From Eledone cirrhosa (taxonomy: Eukaryota), in the NCBI GenBank assembly GCA_964016885.1, contig OZ024741.1, positions 274,474,001-274,538,000 of the forward strand: a DNA stretch of 64,000 nucleotides, given 5' to 3'. Below, one piece after another: positions 57,560 through 64,000 of the stretch (positions within the stretch are counted from its first letter, which is position 1; every line of letters starts with the position of its first letter). A program made the translations under genes and the position numbers. The notes below the pieces were generated by a model that was not told where the DNA came from, did not search any database, and saw nothing but the letters and a program-made list of their open reading frames with translations.

Positions 57560-58330
57560 CGTTATCTCCCCCATCTCTCTCGCACTCCCCATCTTTCTGT
57601 ATAGTGAGAAAATGGGGTCCCACGTGCTGGCCGCCCCACAGCCCCGGCGGACAGAATGGAGAAGGCGTTTCCCCGGAGGATGGTAAGGGAGATGCGCTGG
57701 AAGAACCATTCCATCTCACGAGGCACACACCTGCGGCTGGCCAGCTCAGCGCCTATGGTAGTGAGTAAGGAGATAGCCCTAAGGCCAAGGATACCAGAAG
57801 TCTCCACTGCTAAGGGCACGACTCCAAACCTGTTGGAGAGCGACCAGTACTTGGACATTTTGCCCTCCTCAGCCCGAAGTGCAATAGAACCTGGGTTAGT
57901 CGCAGACTGCACCAAGTTGCGGCTGAAGAAAGTGTCACTGCAAGTAGCATCCCAGACGATGGGTTTGCCACTGCGGAACGGGAAGATGGTCATTATGCAA
58001 AGAACTTGTACAAAAAAAATCAGGACACTAAACGGGATTAACTGGGCCACATTCCTAGTTAAGATGTAAACATCCGCACAAACAATGAACATGTTCATAT
58101 TCTATATATTGAGAATGGTCGTTAACATTCAAGTAGTTCTTCGAACGAAATATATATTTTTTTATGAGCTGGAGGGGGGGGGGTTTAAATTAGATAAGGG
58201 GAGACCAAGACCAACTTTGCCAGCGCCAGTGACATTAAGAAGTGATCTCAGGATAAACTCACCAATGCCGCCAGCACCAAGAGATCCCACATGGCATTGA
58301 CACAGGCGATGGCCTTTAAGAACTCTGACG
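57560..58330 (-). pseudogene. CRE-clade-like non-LTR retrotransposon restriction-like endonuclease remnant
   Basis: GKPIVWDATCSDT..AEEGK.SKY..L..VPLAVETSG..G..A..L..IG..FQRISLTILRGNA. Confidence 0.75.
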
Positions 58331-58955
58331 ACATGTCGTACACAAGGAGGAGAGGACTGCACTGACAGACAAAATATGTGAGTCCCAAGATGAGACCTGT
58401 TCATAGCTCAATGCGCATGCTCATAGAAACAGACAACCACGTTAAGTTGCTGGATTATATTGATCACCAAGTGATTTCAACACTGTTGTGTTCTCATATT
58501 TGTGGGTTATTGAAAACTGATGAAAGTTGATAAACGAATATTTTGTTATCTATTGTTCCTACTATTTATTTTTGTTGTTTGTTTTGTATTGTACGATTGT
58601 TAGACACCCCAATGTCTCCATTTAAGAATATGTATCGTCAATACAACATTGATAATAATTATATATCTTATGGGTTTATCCTTTTCCCTTAGATCAGTCA
58701 TTTACCTATATGCGTTGCGTGCAATCAAACTTTAAGCAGAGTAAGCGGGTAGTGGAATAACTGTTGGATATAGAGACCTGCTGCGGAATTACATGGGCTT
58801 ACTGACTGAATAAGCAGTCATGTAACTTGAGCGAGGGTTACACAAGAATGCAGTGGATTTGTCGGGAGAAAGTGCCATTATTTTTCAAATACTGCAAACT
58901 CTATGATGGGGACGTGAATAAGTGAGGGCTTCTAAATAAATCTATACAAAGTTTA

Positions 58956-59710
58956 ATAATTGTTTCTACTTTTGGCACAAGGCCAACAATTACTCCAGTG
59001 CATTACTGGTACTATGCAAGAGACTTGACGGATGGTACAAGAGGATGCTGAGAATGGTTCTCAACATTTCTTGGAAAAAGAAGCTGACAAATAAGGAACT
59101 ATACAGATCACTACCACCAGTCTCAAAAAGAGTTGCCTGCTAACGAATGAAACTGGCTGGGCACTGCATCCGTCATCCAGGAGAGAGAGGATCTCAACTT
59201 GTGCTCTGGAAACCGGCGGTCAGACGAAGAAGCGTTGGAAGACAAGCCGTCTCATTCATTGATACCCTGCTGAGAGATGCCAACATTGATAACATCGACG
59301 AACTGAGTAATGTCCTGCTCGACTGGGACAATTGGAGAAAGCGTGCTGAATCTTTGCGAGTGTAAACTCGGCCGAAGAAGAAGAAAGAATTACAGGTACT
59401 TTATTTTATCGACCCCGTAAGGATGAAAGGCAAAGTTAACCTCGGCGGGATTTGAACTCAGATCGTAAGGGGACGTAACTATACTGGAAAGCACGGTGTC
59501 CGACCCTCTACCGATACAATAATAATTGTTTCTACCTTTTTGGCACAAGGCCAGCAAATTACCCAGTGTATTACTGGTACTTTATTTTATCGACCCCGTA
59601 AGGATGAAAGGCAAAGTTAACCTCGGCGGGATTTGAACTCAAACCATAAAGGGCCGTAACTCTTTGCTGCAAGGCATGGCGTCCGACCCTCTACCGATAC
59701 TGCCAATCCC
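58956..59710 (-). mobile_element. Tandem tRNA-derived SINEs (one interrupted by the RTE fragment)
   Basis: Reverse-complement SINE units at 58956-59013 joined to 59389-59517, and at 59521-59710. Confidence 0.85.
59014..59388 (+). mobile_element. RTE-like LINE 3' fragment with a (GAA)n tail, nested in a SINE
   Basis: LDGWYKRMLRMVLNISWK..TNKELY..KLAGHCIRH..GRQ. TSD attac(t/a)ggtact at 59002-59013 and 59389-59400. Confidence 0.85.
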
Positions 59711-60499
59711 CCGCAATGCCATTACACTTAGTTTGGAACGACGTTTTCAAGTCCATAACTACATCAAAGTTTCTAAACCTTCACATACATATCATCAGGA
59801 GATATGTTGGTTTGTTGTTACTGCCTCTCTTATTGTAGACATATGTATTATATATATAATATATATCGTATATATTTTATGTATTATATATATTATATAT
59901 TTATGTAATATATATATCATATATATATATATATTATATATATATCACATATATTTTATGTAACATATATTTTACATATATACATTATATATATTATATA
60001 TATTATATACATAATATATATTATATGTATTATATATATTATATATATCATATATATTATATATATTGTATATATCATATGTATTATATATATTATATAT
60101 ATCATATATATTACATATATTATATATATTATATGTACTATATATATATTCTATATATCATATATATTATATATATTATATATATTATATGTACTATATA
60201 TATATTATATATATTGTATATATCATATGTATTATATATATATTATTTATATAATATATATTATAGATATTATATATGTTATATGTACTATATATTTTAT
60301 TATATATATTTTATATATCATATGTATTATATATATTATTTATATAATATATATAATATATATTATATATGTTATATGTACTATATATATATTATATATA
60401 TTTTATATATCATATGTATTATATATATTATATATATATCATATATATTATATATATTATATATGTTATATGTACTATTAATATATTATATACATATAG

Positions 60500-60656
60500 T
60501 AAATCGACCTCAGTGCTTTACTGGTACTTTATTTTATCGATCCTGTAAGAATGAAATGCAAAGTTAACCTCGGTGGGATTTTAACTCAGACCGTAAAGAG
60601 CCATAACTCTATGCTGCAAAGCATGGCGTCCGACCCTCTACCGATACTGCCAATCC
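60500..60656 (-). mobile_element. tRNA-derived SINE
   Basis: Reverse complement of ggattggcagtatcggtagagggtcggacgcc..core. Confidence 0.85.
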
Positions 60657-60882
60657 CTGAACTAGTGAATTGGTGCATCAGAAGTTCCCACTAAGAACCT
60701 GAGTGTGGGCAAGGTATTAAGGTAGTCACCACTCTTGTATAACGACGAGGGTGGTGTGTATGTGTGTGTTTATGTGTGTTTATGTATGTGTGAGTATGTG
60801 GGAGTACGAACGTGGTGTGAGTATTTGTGTTTGAATGTGATGTGTGTATGTATGCAAAAAGTTGACATAAATACGCGTATAG

Positions 60883-60967
<85 letters not shown>

Positions 60968-61023
60968 AGGAAGTTATAATTCACTTGAAGCATTGTGTAA
61001 TGAGGTATAAAAGTTTGTAAATG

Positions 61024-61385
61024 TATAATAAAGCCAAAACAATGCAGGTATGGACATAGAATAAAGAATGCAAATGCAAAAGCTACTGTTGACTTAGTCT
61101 TTTACCTTAGATTTATTTAAATGTCCTTAATTTTCGAGATAATATCTTTTTCTTTAGGGAAGTAAAGCGCTTAAAGTAAAGCGGTTAAACCAGTGTTCTA
61201 AATAGCTTGCCAAGTCATGCTGACAGGAAATTTAACCGCTTTACTTCCCTCCGAAGATGAGATATTATCTCGAAAATTAAGGACATTTAAATAAATCTAA
61301 GGTAAAAGACTAATTGTCAACAATATCTTTTGCATTTGCATTCTTTATTCTATGTCCATACCTGCATTGTTTTGGCTTTATTATA
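61024..61385. repeat. Fold-back element with near-perfect inverted arms of ~125 bp or more
   Basis: tataataaagccaaaacaatgcagg..cgagataatatc and its reverse complement at 61261-61385. Inner arms gggaagtaaagcg / cgctttacttccc. Confidence 0.9.
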
Positions 61386-61403
61386 CATATACAAAGGTTT
61401 ATA

Positions 61404-61455
<52 letters not shown>

Positions 61456-61530
61456 AAAATGGTACGAGAACAAAACAGAGAGGCAGTTCGAACAAAGAAC
61501 TTATTAGTTTCACGCTCTTGAGAGTGGGGG

Positions 61531-61565
61531 CGCGGACGTTTCGGGCATAAGCCCTTCTTCAGGCG
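61531..61565 (-). ncRNA. Ultra-minimal Penelope-type hammerhead motif
   Basis: Minus strand: cgc CTGAAGA a gggc-ttat-gccc GAAA cg TC cgcg. Stem III is reduced to an ACGT palindrome and stem I is imperfect. Confidence 0.6.
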
Positions 61566-63240
61566 AAAAGTGTGTGGGAAGAGAGTTCCAAGGGTGTGTA
61601 GGGGAGTGGGGGAGAGACATTTAAAGAAAAGGGGGTGACAGGAAACGGTGGAAGGGGTACAAATGAAAATAAATAGAAAAACATAATAAAAATAAAAATA
61701 AACATGAAGATAAACAAGTGGTGGAAGGGTGTGGTGGCGGGTGGAGTTGGGAGAGGGAGGCGGGGTGTCCGAGCGAGGAGGGCTGAAGGTGGTGTGTGTG
61801 TAGGTGTGTGTGTGTGTGAATGTGAGAGTTGGGGGAAGAACGGGGTTCCATGTTCAGGAAAAGGTGTGTGTGTGGGGGGGTGTAGGTCGGCGTGTGTGTG
61901 TGTGTGTGTGCGTGTGTGAATGGGGAGGGGTCAGAGGGGGGGGGGGATTCCGAAGGCTGAGTGTGTATGTATGTGGGGGTACATATATATATAGATCACA
62001 CACATACATATACATACATATATACACATATATACTCTCATCACATAAATACACATACATATGCACATATATACTCTCATCACATAAATACACACATATA
62101 CACACCCTTACACACACCACCCACACACTACACATACCTATACATACACACACACTCGCACCCACTTACATACACACGCTATAAAGCATCCTTTACAATT
62201 CAAACCTCTCTCCTCTTACTTCCCCTCCTCTCCATTTTACTTCTACTTCTCCTCTTCCTGCCCCTCCTTCCTTCTCCTCACTCCCTCCTCCACCACCTCC
62301 TACCATTTCTCCATCTTCTTTCGACTTCGCCTTCCACCTGCCTACCCCTTCCTTCCTCATTTCCATCCACCTCCACTTTCGCATCCCCTCCTCACCACCA
62401 CCTCATCTCACTAACATCTCCACCTCAACCTCCTCCTCTCATCCTCATCCTCTTCTCCATCACCTCCTCCACCTCACCTCAACTTCACTTCACTCCACCT
62501 CCACCTGCACCTCAACCTCTCCACCTCCACCTCCACCTCAACCACCTCCTCTTCCTTATCTTCTTCTCCCCTTCCTCTTCTCCATCACCTACTCCTCAAC
62601 CTCTTCTCCATCACCCCCTCCACCTCACCTCACCTCACCTCCATCTCCACCTCAACCACCTCCTCTTCCTTATCTTCTTCTCCCCTTCATCTTCTCCATC
62701 ACCTACTCCTCAACCTCTTCTCCATCACCCCCTCCACCTCACCTCCATCTCCACCTCAACCACCACCTCTTCCTTATCTTCTTATCCTCCTCCACTTCTC
62801 CATCACCCACTCCATCTCCTCCTCAACTACCTCCCCTTCCTTATCTTCTTCTCCCCCTCCTCCGCTCCATCCCCGCCATCCCCTCCTCATCCTCCACCTC
62901 CTCGCCCCCCCCCCCTTCCATTGTCCACCATTAAATGAGACAATCAGACCAAGACAATGAGATCAGTCAATATATTATAGAGCTACAAGTATTTGATCTG
63001 GCAACAAGTTGAGAAACTATTTAACTACTTCAGATGACATTCGGTGCAAACACACACATCAATATATATATATATGACCATATATATATATATAGGTGTG
63101 TGTGCGAGTATATATATATATATAGGAACAAGTATGACCCCCGACGGCAGAGCTCAAGTATTGAGTACTTTGGTGCGTTATGTTCCATCTGGTTCCTTAC
63201 CACAATTCCTTCGTTATATATATAGTTTTAATATAGATGA

Positions 63241-63289
63241 GATTCTACAGGACTAGAACTGTTTCATTCTTTAGAAATCATCAGGAATC
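63241..63289 (-). ncRNA. Type I hammerhead ribozyme
   Basis: Minus strand: gattc CTGATGA t ttct-aa-agaa t GAAA cag-ttctagtc-ctg TA gaatc. A truncated copy of the same family lies at ~16272-16306. Confidence 0.75.
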
Positions 63290-63774
63290 TGGGTATCAAA
63301 AAATAAATATGGTATTTATAGGTCTCTTCAGATGGTAGGAGAGGGTAGGGAGTGGGATGGGTGTAGGTCATTGGTTGATAGAAAAGGGAATTCATTAAAA
63401 GCTAATTCTTCAAAGTTATAGTTTTTATTTAGAGTAACAAAGGCAGAAAGAATTCTTTAAACAAGTTCAGGATGGGGTGCAACTCCTTATTTTTAATTTT
63501 CTCTTAAGCTAACAATGCCTAGATTTCAGGTGTCTATAAGATCATTGGGGGTCAGTCATGGTTGATGGATTTAAAGAAAAGGGAAATTCTTTAAAAGCTA
63601 ATTCTTTAAGGTTCTACTTAGTGACAAAGGCCTAGAGAATTCTATAGACCAGTTCAAAATATTGAGTGCATATCATACCATTATCTTCAAATTCCTCTTA
63701 AACTATATTTCAAAAGTCAACAGACACATTCACATACACACTCACTCACACATTCGCACGCACCCACATACACC

Positions 63775-63806
<32 letters not shown>

Positions 63807-64000
63807 TGAAAAAGTGAGTCCTTCATCAGTGACCCTCCAACCGTCCTCGGCATTTCATCGCTTTAAGGGCCATATGCCTCAGGTTGGTGCGAACAACGGC
63901 TAAAAAAAGTCGTTGGGACACGTAAACAAAGGGGGACGCTAGAGTAACAACAAAAAAGTTTAAGCAACGGAAAGTGAGTAGAAATAGACAAGTCCCAGAT

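Overview
This is a eukaryotic, extremely repeat-rich window. The microsatellite load and the SINE/RTE families suggest an invertebrate, probably an octopus-like cephalopod (inference). No host protein-coding gene can be confidently called, and most ORFs in the track are translations of microsatellites. Recognisable elements: several Penelope-like retroelement (PLE) remnants with GIY-YIG or RT-thumb coding, a Chapaev3-like DNA transposon carrying a solo LTR, a DD37D (maT) Tc1/mariner element plus a MITE, two non-autonomous Helitrons and a Helitron helicase remnant, a near-intact R4/Dong-like REL-LINE inserted in a (CATA)n array, Tx1-, RTE- and CRE-type LINE fragments, and about ten copies of a tRNA-derived SINE. 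The most striking signal is about 16 type I hammerhead-ribozyme (HHR)-like motifs from many distinct sequence families. They include a non-coding, retrozyme-like unit at 31.1-32.0 kb with two identical U3-A8-variant HHRs 595 bp apart in direct repeats, and a PLE family whose HHR carries a CAG core (U4A) in all three copies. All structures were read by eye and none was computationally folded or searched.
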